A DNA stretch of 64,000 nt from Neoconidiobolus thromboides FSU 785 (GCA_025603075.1 MU626267.1:62001-126000); one strand, 5' to 3'. Numbered from the stretch's first letter, positions 26,013 to 38,921 are shown. Notes: generated from the sequence alone by a model not told the origin. Program-made: numbers and translations.

Positions 26013-28142
26013 CTAATTAAAATCAACGTCTTTTAGTGAAATAACTGGGTTCCCCCCAATAAACTTAGTGATAGAATACTCATATTTAGAGTTACCAATA
26101 TATTCTTCGTTATTGTTAAAAGGAATATCTTTGACACTAACAACTGTAAATAGTTTACCATGCTCTTTAATGTCATTATATTTATATTGAAAATCACAGT
26201 CATGATTTATAGTATTCTGGTTTTTTCTCTTTTTACCATTTATCCTTTTGATATTAAAATTACTTGGACTCTCATTGTAAAGCTCACTATCGCTCTGGCT
26301 ACAAATCTCTTTTGAATCCGCTTCTAAACCTTCTTCATGATTTGCTCTTGTATTATTATAAATTTCAGGTTCAGACGCATTATCATTTATTTCACCTTCC
26401 TTATTATCAATAACTTGGCTGTTGTTATCTTGTTTGTTTGCGTTTTCGACTGTCCTTGATTTGGCCGCAGATTTATTTTCTCTGCTGTCTCGTTCCATAT
26501 GGCTTTTGATAACATTCAATTCTTCAGTGGATTCAATTTCAGGTCCACTTTCTGCGCTATTTTGAATAACTTTATTTACAGACATGTTTAACCCGTCACC
26601 ATTTTCACTTCTATCACTGCTTATTACTTCATAATTTTGAATAGAGCCGCCATCAGTAACACATTGATCGATTTGTGTAATATCTTTATTTTCTTCTACA
26701 TAATCGTACGCTAAATTATCAATCCTGATTCCATTCAATTGCTCTTCCAATTCTTTTAGCTCTGATTCAAGTTCAAGTTCGTTTCCAAGAAGCATGTTGC
26801 TCAGTAATGAGGATACATCGCTATCGATTTCATATTCCTTTACTTTAGATGGGATTTTTGGAAACTCGATTTCGCTTAGTTCGTTATCCAAGTCATTTTT
26901 ATCACTTTCAATTGTTGCTTTGATCATATTTTCTTCTTTTGCTTTATTTCCTCTTTTATTCATCCCATTTGATAAAATACTTGGTAAACTTAAATAACTA
27001 GGTACTGAATGCAAACAGTCATATTTGATATCACTATGATAACTATTAAGTACCTTATAACTAATTTCCATTAATTGATCATTACTTAAATAGGGTAATG
27101 ATAATAACCAATGAGACAAAATTATGTTGTTAATATCGTTGTTATTATAGTTATGCTTAACTGTATGCTTTGGTAATTTGGCTAATAAATCTTCAAATCT
27201 ATCTTGACCAGCGAAAGTAAATAAGACATGGAACTTATTGTTTTCCATAAACGGCGATTTAAATACATAACCTTTTACTAATACATCTATCCTATTTACA
27301 TATGGTAATATCCAGGGGATATTAAGGTTAGTATCATATTTATTGTTATCAAAATAATTATGGTAATTTTTATCTGCTCTAATAAGGCTATGATACTCCT
27401 TGATGACGCCATTGATCTCTTTTGGTAACTTTATCACGTTGAATACTCTCATTATTGCCGGATGGGTTAATGACGCTATAATTGAAGCAAAACCGTTGAA
27501 ATCTTTATATTTAGCTAATAAAATTTTACTTGTTTGAAGTAAAACATTTATCGTTTTAAACAATTGCTTATTATTTGCATTGTCATTTAAGTTTGCAAAA
27601 AAATATCTAAATGGGTAGCTTAGCAAATTTCCTAATTGATTACCTATTGTTATGCTGCTATTTAATTCAATTTCTTTTTTTATAAAAAGATTTAATAACA
27701 AATGAGTAAGACTATTTGAAATATACACTTGTAAATCAACTAATCTCTTAAGTATAAACTCGTTGTTACCCAAGATAAATGGACAAGGCCTATTATTGGT
27801 AATAAAGTTTCCATTTCTAGTACGCTCTTGATCTAAAAAACAATTCCATAGATTTGAATCTAAATTATAAATATTACTAGCCAAATCCTCGGGGATTAGC
27901 TTCAACAATTCATACTCTTTTGCTTTGGATATACTCTGCTCCACCCTTTCCAATTCAATCTTTGCTACGCCATGCTTATCTAACTTTTGTCTTAGCTCAG
28001 CTAATGTATGCCTATCTTTTGAATCTAACTCATCATTATATCTACTTTCCTTTTCAATGCATCCTTTCAACTTAATGGCTAACTCAGATAATGGTATAGT
28101 TGGCTGATAGTTGTACTGATTTTTATTTTGTATCTGCTCCAT
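26013..28142 (-). CDS. Divergent RasGEF (CDC25-like) domain protein with acidic low-complexity tail (709 aa, intronless)
   Basis: DFNGFASIIASLTHPAIMRV...KNYHNY...NIPWILPYV resembles the RasGEF catalytic core. Confidence 0.65.
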   Translation of the reverse strand: MEQIQNKNQYNYQPTIPLSELAIKLKGCIEKESRYNDELDSKDRHTLAELRQKLDKHGVAKIELERVEQSISKAKEYELLKLIPEDLASNIYNLDSNLWNCFLDQERTRNGNFITNNRPCPFILGNNEFILKRLVDLQVYISNSLTHLLLNLFIKKEIELNSSITIGNQLGNLLSYPFRYFFANLNDNANNKQLFKTINVLLQTSKILLAKYKDFNGFASIIASLTHPAIMRVFNVIKLPKEINGVIKEYHSLIRADKNYHNYFDNNKYDTNLNIPWILPYVNRIDVLVKGYVFKSPFMENNKFHVLFTFAGQDRFEDLLAKLPKHTVKHNYNNNDINNIILSHWLLSLPYLSNDQLMEISYKVLNSYHSDIKYDCLHSVPSYLSLPSILSNGMNKRGNKAKEENMIKATIESDKNDLDNELSEIEFPKIPSKVKEYEIDSDVSSLLSNMLLGNELELESELKELEEQLNGIRIDNLAYDYVEENKDITQIDQCVTDGGSIQNYEVISSDRSENGDGLNMSVNKVIQNSAESGPEIESTEELNVIKSHMERDSRENKSAAKSRTVENANKQDNNSQVIDNKEGEINDNASEPEIYNNTRANHEEGLEADSKEICSQSDSELYNESPSNFNIKRINGKKRKNQNTINHDCDFQYKYNDIKEHGKLFTVVSVKDIPFNNNEEYIGNSKYEYSITKFIGGNPVISLKDVDFN

Positions 28143-28506
28143 TTTGGCATAAAATGTTGAAAGTATAAAAACCCAGAATCTATAATTGAAAACTTTTTAT
28201 TTTTGGTGATATGATATCATTTTATATTTTTTAAATTAATAGGCCAATTAAGAAAAAAGGCTATAAATTTAAAATCAAACTACTATATTTTTCTGTTTAT
28301 AACCCTCCTTCACTAAAGTTTTTATATGTTTTAAGGGAATTGTTACTTTATTTATTAAAATTTTAATAAAATAATTTTTTTAAATTGCATAAAATTTAGT
28401 GAAAAGGAAACTATAATTAAAAAAAATGTAATATTTTAAAGTCAAGTATTAATGATAATAAAAGTTATAGTTTTGTTTTTAAATATCCAGCATTAAAGCA
28501 ACTATT

Positions 28507-28602
28507 GGGGATGTATTTTTGTGTTTGAGAATTTTACTACAATCTTTCCACTCAAATAGCGCTTAAAAATGGAAAAATAATGAAACTAAAAAAGACAGCC
28601 CC
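28507..28602 (+). mobile_element. ~98-bp MITE family copy, TSD TATT
   Basis: TATT-ggggatgt...cagcccc-TATT. Confidence 0.85.
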
Positions 28603-28772
28603 TATTAATTTATTATATAGGAATACTGTACTTTTAGCTTTTACTTACTGTTTGAGCTTAAAGTTTAGAGATATTATTTGTTGATAGTTAATTATTAATT
28701 ATAACAGTATTTATGTATTATAAAGATAGCTTTAAATATTTATAAAATCAACAGTTTTTATTAGTAAAATAT

Positions 28773-28871
28773 GGGGATGTATTTTTATGTAAGAATTTTG
28801 CTAACAATTTTTTTACTCAAATAGCGCTTAAAAGATGGAAAAAAATAATGAAGCCAAAAAAACACCCTGCT
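28773..28871 (+). mobile_element. ~98-bp MITE family copy
   Basis: ggggatgtattttt...tgctaac...caaatagcgcttaaaagatgg; right end eroded. Confidence 0.82.
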
Positions 28872-29319
28872 TATATAGTTGAAGTTCTTTTATTAAAATA
28901 CAAATATTTTGTCATTATTTTTTTTCTCAATAAATTTTTTAATGAGTTAGTATTGTTTATATTATGATAGCTATTTGTTAAAATGTGCTAATTTTATTAA
29001 AGATGTAATTTAAATAGCTTAAATTACATATATAACTTTTTCTAAAGTGATCAAGGACTTTTAAAAAAATAATATTTTGATTGAAAAATATCAAATTAAA
29101 GATACGCTTATAAAGCTTAAAGTTCAAGTATGCACTGTTCGATTTATTTAAAAATAAAAATTTAGATCTCAAGCTAATAATCAGTGTGCTAATTCAATTC
29201 GTTATTGATGAAAATTGTTAAATAATTGTCTCTTTATAAATTAAACTATCATCCTTAAGGCATTAAAAATCGATTCTATATCAAAAATTTTGAACTTTGT
29301 AGCTTCTATTCTAATAAAT

Positions 29320-29411
29320 GGGGATGTTTTCTTAGGTTCATTTTTTCCATCTTTTAAGCACTATTTGCGTGGAAAAATTGTTAGTAAAATTAAATACAAA
29401 AACACATCCTC
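29320..29411 (-). mobile_element. ~98-bp MITE family copy, TSD AAAT
   Basis: AAAT-ggggatgt...acatcctc-AAAT. Confidence 0.82.
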
Positions 29412-29648
29412 AAATAATGCCACTTTATTTTCTATAAAGATTGGACAAAGCATGTGAGAAGGTCTTATAATAACTCCATACATAATACTATGAAACGTAT
29501 AGCTAAGAAACATAAATCTAGCAGCTCTATTAAATCTAATATTTAAAAATCTTATTTAGTAAAACATCTAATGGCTGATCAAAATTTATTAATAGCAACA
29601 TTATAAAATCCTTTTAAAGCTAAAAGCCTAGGCATGTATTTAATATAT

Positions 29649-29743
29649 GAGGATGTTTTTTTGGTTTCATCACTCTTTCTCTCTTAAGTACTACTTGAGT
29701 AGAAAGATCGTTAGTAAAATCCTTAAACAAAAAAAATATCACC
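29649..29743 (-). mobile_element. ~98-bp MITE family copy, TSD ATAT
   Basis: ATAT-gaggatgt...atatcacc-ATAT. Confidence 0.75.
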
Positions 29744-30279
29744 ATATTGAAATAAAGAAATACCCAATCTTCTGACCCAGAAGATGACAATTTACTTGAC
29801 TATTTTTGTAGTATACTAAAAAGTGTATAATAATGTCTACATCTGAAAGTAGATGGATGGATGAAGCGATGATCATTTCACTTAGATACACTCGTTTAGA
29901 TTTATTTATTTATATCAATTTCTAAAAAGCAATAAATACTACAAATAATCTTAGCTATCAATACTTTACTATTATATCTAAAAGTGAAAAAATACACAAA
30001 GTATTTAATAAATATTTATTTAAAAGATTAAAGGAAGTCAAGTATAAACCTTATCAACTCTAAATCATTAGTTTCAATGTAATAGGCAAGTCTTATGAAA
30101 TTCTCAATTGAGAGGTCGTACATAATTCGAAGGGTTTAATACAAGTTATATGAAATATGGAATGATACAATGTATTAACAAGTAAAAATTGATATAAACA
30201 GCACTTAAGCTATTAATAAACTATGAATAAAATTTACAAAATCGAAAGTTGTTAAGTATTTATAGTTTTAAATTCAGTT

Positions 30280-30700
30280 TTTTGGATTTATAGCCTGGGA
30301 TTATATTTCAAAGCATTGCCAATTTATAAAGTTACAAGGTTTAACTTAATAGTTTCAATTAAATTTGTATATGAAATTTTAATTTATGGTCAAAATCCAT
30401 TCATTAGATAGCGTAAACTGCTACTTTTAGTAGCCTAAAGGAAGTCAAAATGACAAAATTTCTCAAGGTCAATAAATTGTTATTAAAACAGGCTATATAT
30501 AGATTTGATAAAACTAAAATAATTTATGAATCTTGTAAGGATATAATTTGATCATAAATATGTGTGTAGAAATCAATCTACAAGGATTTGCTAAGATCAA
30601 GTTCAATAAAAAATGAAGTTTTGCCGAAAATTATAGAGTCAAATGATAGAAAAATAGTCTGTTGCTATGCAGTTGTAAGCTGCCACCATCATATATATAC
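30280..30700 (+). mobile_element. Possible heavily decayed Tc1/mariner transposase C-terminal remnant
   Basis: Colinear fragments IAWDYISK (cf. VWGCIS), NNL*IL (cf. ENLWSIL) and KIIES (cf. KLVESM), with many stops and frameshifts. Confidence 0.3.
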
Positions 30701-31139
30701 GTGTTGAAAATATAATATTAGGATATTAAGTCTGAACCTAAAACATTTTATTTTATATACGTTATCGAAATAATAGCCAAATACTAATTCATGTAGTTAT
30801 GACTACTATAAACAAAGGTCAAAACGTTTTTATATAGAATTTAATAATTTAGTGGCAAACATAAAAAAATACTAAGCAACAGTAATTAAACTCAATAAAA
30901 ATTCTATTATTTATTATATAGGATTTTAATACAAATGAAACATCGAATTTATGAATTTAAGACAAGTAAACTATATGCTATGGTAATAAATATTTTAATA
31001 TTTAGAAAGCTATGGGTTAAAGATATAAATTAATAAAGTAACAAAAGGACGACAAAATATCAATTATTTACTTTATAGTTGTATTTTAAATATAAAGCTT
31101 TCTATAAAAAAAAACTGGAGGATATTATCTAAATTCAAT

Positions 31140-33931
31140 TTAAAGTAATAATACAACTCTAATCAAGTTTGTGGTTTCATTTGAAATTGAGTCCACTTGA
31201 ATTTAATTTAAAAATGTGATTATAAAATTATATTAGTCCTAACATAAATAAAGATGAATTTAAAAACAACTTAAACCTTCACAAGCTAAATTAAAAAATT
31301 TGATTTTTTGTGTTTAGATCAAAATAAGCTAGTGATTAAATTTTGAATTGAGATCAAAATCTTAGTACCATTTTTGAAGCACATTGTATGGAACCATAAC
31401 TGAGTAATAACCTAACACGTTTAATATACACTTTCTTGACTTATGTTTTATTAACTGAGTTATAACATAATTGAGCAATTGTAATAGAAAGGGCCTCAGT
31501 AAAATAGTACTCATATTTCTAAAATTCAACTCATTCGTTTCATTAAATTGGCTAATTAAAAAACTATTAAGATATGGGAATATATTTTTTGTTTAAGAAT
31601 TTTACTAAAAACCTTTCCACTCAAATAACGCTTAAAAATGGAAAAAGTAATGAAATAAAAAAAATATCCCCATATTCATTAAATTAATAGCTTAACTTTA
31701 AATTATTGTACCATGTTTTTTATAAACATTAAATAATATAACTTTATTGATATAATCAAGATGTAATTATAACTCAATTGTTTTATGTAAAAAACTTCAA
31801 GGATTTGCATATACTTAATAAATTCAATAAATTGAAAAATCTATTATTGATTAATTTATTAATATTATTAGGCTATGAATTAGTTGTATCTATAAGGACT
31901 TACTTCAGACAAAGTTACAATTGTATCTTTATCACCATTATTCAAAAGCTATGTTGATCAGGCCATAAGTGATAGAAATATAATGTTGAAATATTATACA
32001 TCGATTCTTTTTTACATCTTAACATATTTAACAAATAATTAAATAACTATCGAAACAATTTTGAATCTTATTCTTTGTATATTAATAAATATACTCCAGA
32101 TATATCAGTTGTTATTATATCCATTTCTAAAATTCAAGTTAAAATCTAAAAACAAGATCAATATTTCTATGATAATATAATGATAAATCAAAATTAACAT
32201 CATATCAAGGGACAACGTCACTGCAAAGCGAATGGAAAATAGAATAAGACTAACTTTTTGAACTTAAAATTGACTTGATGAATTTTATTAATTTAATTGA
32301 TAAGTGGTACTATTACTTGAATGTAAATTATAACAAAATTATCAATTTTGTAAATTTAATATCCTCAAATTTATAAGACTGATTTTAGTATGTTATTTAA
32401 ACATTTCAAATCTTCTGAATGACTTATTTCTTTAGTATTGATTAATACACTGGGGTATTTCATTATAAAATGCCATTAGACTTTAGACTTTCATAAAGTG
32501 TAGATGTTGACTAAACGAACACAAATTGAAATAATTTTACTTTTAAAACATGATTTTACCTCTATTAGTAAATCTTCTAGGATTTGGAACAAATCGTCTA
32601 AAAAGCTGCTATTGTGATTTGATAAATATTTATAACACATACAAATAAAACGACTTTAAATAATCCTGTTCCCTCATTATTACTTACTGACAGTTTCTAT
32701 ATTCATTTGGTATTTTCTTCATTGAAGAAGGGTTACAAATGCTATTCTCTATCAATAATGATAATAAATAAATGATAATAAATAAATGATAATAATAGTA
32801 ATAATGTATTTAGTTTACTTACCAAGTGTGTCTTGACTTAAGGAATTTATGTAACCATCTGAATTCTCAAGCATCTTAACTCCTAATTAATAACCATAGA
32901 TAAAATTAATAAAGAAACGTTATAATTAAACCAGGTTACTTTCTTTGGCCGTATTTGATCTTTCGCCTTAGAAAATGAGTCTAGAACAACATTAATAAAG
33001 CCTATTATACAAAGAATTACTCTTTTCTTGTAATGCTTTTTATAGTGAGCCTAACTTTTCAATAATTGAAAAAAATTGAGGTAGCCTTAATGAAAATTCA
33101 TTTCATTTCAACATAAAATTGAGTTGATTTATTTTATCATGATATTTTTTACTAATATCAATTCCAAGTATCAACCAAAAGTTTAAAAATAATATCGCAC
33201 TTTTACATAAATTACCATATAAATATGTTATATTACTACATGCATATAAAATTAGTTTATCTGAGTATGAGGCTATGGTTTTTTATTTACTTTAAATTTA
33301 TCTTATGTCTAGTGCGACTTCACCCTACTTTTTAATTTGGCTAATTTTTTCTTCACATAACTCTAAACTCAACTTTCTTACAATTGGATCCATTATTTAG
33401 CATTGTTACTTTAATTCTATTTGATATTAAAAAATAACTACTTCATTCAGTATTAATCTACATATGGTATCGTTCAATTCTTTTATATAGGCCAATATCA
33501 AAACTTCTTTTCCATTTATTATCTCTTTCATTCAAAATAAGACATCTTTATTAATATTGCAAGAAATGAATTTACAAACAAGCCAATACGTCTAACTTTT
33601 CTTACATTTGCATTACTATGCTTGATCTTTAATAGTCAGTCAAGTTCCTTGAAATTATAATCTGTTGAATTTTATCCAATGTTATTGACTGATTATGAAG
33701 TAGTATATCTACAAAAACAAACAACTATTCAGCTATGGTAAATGAAATGTTTGCTTCTTGATTTAATCAGATTATATACATGACTCTCAGTAACCCTTTC
33801 CTTTTTTACTACTTTTATCTTAAGTTTATAAATAGCTGCACTTGAATTTTGTTTTATTTGGTCCTCTATTATACCCTTTTTTTTAAAGTCTCCTTGTTTT
33901 TATTTCTTTTTACTTTTTGTTATTTTTTATA
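31140..33931 (-). pseudogene. Unprocessed full-length IPI1/TEX10 pseudogene
   Basis: Colinear with the gene at 61612-64000 and with matching splice positions: KTIASYSDKLILYACSNITYLY vs KETIAPYLDKLILYTCNGMTHLY; LDSFSKAKDQIRPKK vs SDSFSKAKGQIWSKK; SEDLKCLNNILK vs SEDLKCLNYILK. Multiple stops and frameshifts. Confidence 0.85.
31576..31671 (+). mobile_element. ~98-bp MITE family copy inside the IPI1 pseudogene, TSD ATAT
   Basis: ATAT-gggaatat...atatcccc-ATAT. Confidence 0.85.
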
Positions 33932-33998
33932 GAATAAAATTGATTAAAAAATAATATATGAATAGTTTTGAAAAAAAAAATTGACTTTTTAAATTAAA

Positions 33999-34765
33999 AT
34001 GACAAATCAAACTGAAAATGAAATACCAAACTTTAGTTTAATAACTGCTGTAACAAAAGAAAGGGGTATTGGATATCAGGGGGATCTTCCATGGATTAAA
34101 ACACCTATTCGTACGGATATGATGTTCTATGAGAAAGTAACAAGGCACTTAAATGTTAATCAAGATAAACCTTTTGAAACAAGTGAAATCAACGATACAG
34201 TTAATAATGTAGTAATTATGGGAAGAGTATCTTGGGAATGTGTACCAATAAAATATAGACCATTCAGAAATCGTATTAATATCATTGTATCAAGGAACAA
34301 AGATTTAAATTTGTAATAATTATTAATTAAGTTTGATAAAATAATGTTAACAATTTATTTTATAGAGAAATGAGTGATGAAAAGTTAAAACAATATACTC
34401 ATATAGTACACTCTTTAGAAGATGGATTAATATTGGCAAAAAAGCTAACAAAAAATGGCTCAGTTTTTGTTATTGGTGGTAGTCAACTTTATACTCAAGC
34501 TATTCAACATCCAAAATGTACTAAGTGGTTTATTACCGAGCTGTTTGACCACCCAGAATTACTTTGTGATACCTTTTTTCCAGAATATCAAGCTATAAAA
34601 TCATCCAAAAAAGATATAACTATTGAAGCATGGGAATGGTTAAATAGATTCAAAAGTAAAAGAGTGCTTCCAGCTTTAAAAAAGTTAGAAAATGGTGAAG
34701 TATATGTTTGTGAAAATGATATTAGTTATAAGTTCTTTTTATTTGAAAATAATTCTATTGAATAA
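33999..34765 (+). CDS. DFR1: Dihydrofolate reductase (2 exons)
   Basis: GIGYQGDLPW, VIMGRVSWE, RPFRNRINIIVSR, VFVIGGSQLY, CDTFFP. Intron at about 34314-34365 joins the two ORFs in frame. Confidence 0.93.
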
Positions 34766-34783
34766 AGTTTATAAATAATATAT

Positions 34784-34880
34784 GAGGGTGTTCTTTTGGT
34801 TTCATTATTTTTCCATTTTTTAAGTGCTATTTGAGTGCAAAGATTGTTAGTACAACTCTTAAACAAAAAAATATATCTCC
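34784..34880 (-). mobile_element. ~98-bp MITE family copy 18 bp after the DHFR stop, TSD ATAT
   Basis: ATAT-gagggtgt...atatctcc-ATAT. Confidence 0.8.
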
Positions 34881-35482
34881 ATATAGTAATAAATAGAAGT
34901 AGTACAGTTATTAGATCCTATAATCAAGTTTTTTTTAACTCATAATCCTAGACTATATTAAATTTTTGTATTTTTATTATTGGTTTTGATACAATTAAGA
35001 AAGTTTTTAAAGTTGAAATTTAAACACATAGTATAATTATTAAATTATATGGTGAATAATATTGAGTTTAAACATAAAATATTATACTATCAATTATATT
35101 AAATAGCCTTGAAAGTTATTTTATTTATTAAAAATACAAATATAAATATAAACACAACCGTGTTAGAGATATAAAAATAAATGAAAGAAAAGTTTATTGC
35201 AAAAGTAAAAAAGAAACACATATTACCTAAAGTAAAGGTAATAGAATATTGCAATTCGATAATGTTGAAAATAAAAGGGAAAAAATGGAAAAAGAAAAAG
35301 ACTCTTACTTTCTATTAAGAGTACCGTTAAGAAACATTGAAATTCAAATTATAGTGTTAATTTGTGTTACATATTTATCAACATAAAATTCAATTAAATT
35401 TAAACTTGGATATCTTCCTTATTAATATGAGATAAGCTTCCAATCTATTAATTTTATTAACCTTAATTCATTTTTAAATAGT

Positions 35483-37964
35483 TTAATTTACATTGTTACT
35501 ATCATCGTTATTATCATTAGGTACTACTTTATTATCAGAATAACAAGTAGCATGTAATACCTATTAATATATAAATAAAGCCCTTAATTTAAATATTATA
35601 ATATTACCTCATCATTAACTAAAACAGCATTCTTATATATCCAATCCTCTTTTTCCTCACTCCAGATAGTATTAAATGTATCATGGCATATAGGACATGG
35701 TTTATTATTATGATCAGCAGGTACAACTAAAATTGACATTTCAAGTTTAGCAGTTGATTCTGCAGCTTCATCTTGAGGCTTAACTAACTGAGTGAAGAAA
35801 ATAGGTTCTATTTTTAAATTAAATTAATTAAAAGTTGAAATTATTCTTTATTTCCTTACCATTTGAATAATCAAATTCAGTTTCTTTATTTTCTACCCAA
35901 TCCTTGAAATTTAAAATTAATAAAAGTTACTATCTTTATTACATTCTTTATTACCGAGTCTGTTGAATACCATGTTCTTGAATGTGCCTTCTTAGCCCTT
36001 TCTTTACGATTACGATTTAATCGGAAGTGCCAGTCCATATGTATATCAAGTTCTTCTTGACTTTCTTGGCTTTCTGGGTATCTAATACCGCATTGCTTAC
36101 ATTGTAATGTCTGATCAAAATAAAGTACTTTTTCAGCTCCTTTATGGTTACTAATAAATAAAATACTTAATATACTTGTTTCTTAACAATCTTAGTTTAA
36201 AACACATTTAAATTTTAGCTCAATAAACTATAAATTAAATTAACAATAAATAAATAAAACGTACGCATTTATATCCTTTTGAGTTAAGTTTACGATTAAA
36301 GTGACATCCGTCCCTTGGTCAGTACTAGATAATGGAAAATTAAAGGCAGTTGTATTAGAATCCATAGGAACTGATGAGGGTATGGGTTCTTTAGAAACTC
36401 CATTCTCGTTTGAAGATTGTGATGCATTAAAGGAAAGGACTCCACTATCAAGGAGACTCTTTAATAAATCATGATCTACATTTAAAGCTGCAGGTGCAGT
36501 AGTATTAGAGAATGGTACAGGAGGTTCTTGATAACCAATATTATGGGGTTCGCTAACCATAGAATTATCCAAAGCTCCATGATTAAAATGAGGTGGCTTC
36601 ATTGGATGAATGTGGTTATTTGGTGGCATATTTGACATGTGATGAGACATAGGTGGAAAAGATGAATGTGGTGGTTGGATATGTGGTGCAATCGGATTCA
36701 TTGGGTGTTTGAATTGGTGATCAAATGGCATTGGCGCAGCATTATGAGGCCCTTCAAAAGAATCATTTGGTATATTATGATCAAAAGGTGGAGGACGCAT
36801 TTGATGAGGAGGAAATGATGGATTGTTATGAGGAAAATCGGGGGTATCCTGAGCATATGAATCCATAAAAGAAGGCTCTTGTCCTGGGAAAAATGGAGGG
36901 TTATGGCCCATTTCTGGCATACCAAATTCACCATTTGGAAACTCTTGAGGATAAATTGGTCGATTACCTGCTTCATTAAAATAAGGTGGTTGTTGGGAAA
37001 AGGGAAGCAGTTGATGAAATTGTGGTTGTTGAAAATCTTGTTCGATGAATCCAGGTCTTTCTTGTCTTTTATGAGAACGAGCATTATTAAACCTTGGTGG
37101 AGGTCTAGGAAATTGGTTGGGTTGACCAGGTCTAAATGGTGGTGGACGATAAGGTTGGCGACCCTGAAATGGTCTCTGGTGTGGCGATGGAAAAGTTTGT
37201 GGTCGTTGCTGAGGATGGAAATTTTGATGGCGTGGGCTTTTATTGAATCCTTGTTTCAAATGACCAGGAAGCTAAAAAAAATTAGAATCAGGATAAAACT
37301 ATTAAATAAAGGTTACATTTTTTTGTTGTGCTTTTCTTTTTTCAGGATGGTGGTCAAAATCAGTACCTCTTTTATCACCGGATGAAGGATAGCCCTAAGC
37401 AATGGGTAAATATTATTTTATTAATAATGAAATTTTAAAATACCGAATGAGAATTAGAGTTATTTTGAGCATAATTATTTAAGGGTGAGTCATAGTTGTT
37501 TCTTTCAGATTCTTCCAATTCAATAGATATATGATTAAGTATGTCAGCGCTAAATAAATCAGCTGTTTTCCAAGTTTCTAAAACAACATTAAGCTTTCTT
37601 TGAGTTGATGGTTCAACAGAGCGATAAGTGTCAATAAAAATTTTACGAATATTTTTAGAAAATCCGCTAGGATATAACTCTGATTCATTTTTTATTATAG
37701 AATCTATTAAATAAATTAAAGGGAGTTTTAATTCTGGCTGGACCTTAAGCAAAATTAAGCATCGGAATTGACAAAGTTTTAATTTATTCTTACCTTGGTT
37801 ATTTGTCCTTCAATGGCTTCAATGATCTCATTAGAATACTTACGCTTATCCTTGGCAACCGTTGTCAACCGAGATATCACCGTATTTGAACATGTACTAA
37901 GCGTTTTAAGAGAGTTGTAATATTCATTGAATATTTGCTTTGGCGAAATATCACTGTGATCCAT
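35483..37964 (-). CDS. PCF11: mRNA 3'-end processing factor PCF11 (multi-exon)
   Basis: N-terminal CID (LPLIYLIDSIIKN, RKLNVVLETWK), P/Q/H-rich middle, and zinc fingers QCKQCGIRY...HMDWHFRLN and CPICHDTF...WIYKNAV...HATC. Confidence 0.9.
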
Positions 37965-38445
37965 TATCTCTTAAAATAAAAAATTGACAAAACCAAGACC
38001 AAACTTTTTAACACTACTTAGGATTATATCGACCAATAAAATCGACAATAAATTTTGAGAATAGCAAATCAATTGAATTCAGATAAATACTACACATAAT
38101 AAATTATTAGCTGGATACGAAATTTAACATCAAATTATATTATCTGCTTAATAACTAAGCTTAAAAACGTGAACAAATCTAAAAATTAAAGATACTAATA
38201 AAAAGATTAATATTAAATTAAATAGAACTATTTTGCTTTAAATCTATAATATTAATTTAGTTCATAATAAAATACATTATGTATTTTTTTCATTGGATCT
38301 TTAAACTTATAGTATCATATATATATCTTACAAAATTTTGATAAAACTACTGGATTTGATATTTTAGTCCTTTTTAACAACTCTTATTTTTATTAACCTT
38401 TTGCTTCAGAGAATCCCTATTTGACTTGAAACTTGTACAAAATAT

Positions 38446-38540
38446 AGGGCTATATTTTTTGATTTTATCACTTTTTTCATTTTTTAAACATTATTGAGTG
38501 AAAAAAATGTCAACAATTTATAAACAAAAAAGATGTTACG
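38446..38540 (-). mobile_element. ~98-bp MITE family copy (very degenerate)
   Basis: ttttgattttatcacttttttcattttttaaacattattgagtgaaaaa. Confidence 0.45.
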
Positions 38541-38825
38541 ATATCGATTCTTTCAACACTGCCCTGTAGTTTTTAAATAAACGATTTTATAAATTATAAA
38601 ACTTTATAATTACTTTTGCAGCCATATTCTATAAAAATAAACTTTTTTAAACTTTCTTTTACTAATATTTAATAATGGTGATTATTTTATTTTATTTTAT
38701 TTATTTGTTTACTATTAACTAGCATAAAGTTTAGAAAACTTGTTAGTTGGAACTGAAATAAAAACTATGTTCTTATTCACTTTTATATTTTAGAAAACAA
38801 AAAATAAAAAATAAAAAAAGAATAT

Positions 38826-38921
38826 GGGGATGTTTTTTTTGACTTCATTATTTTTCCATCTTTAAGCACTATTTGGGTGGAAAATTGTTAGTAAAATTCT
38901 TAAATATAAAAATACATCCCC
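38826..38921 (-). mobile_element. ~98-bp MITE family copy, TSD ATAT
   Basis: ATAT-ggggatgt...acatcccc-ATAT. Confidence 0.9.
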
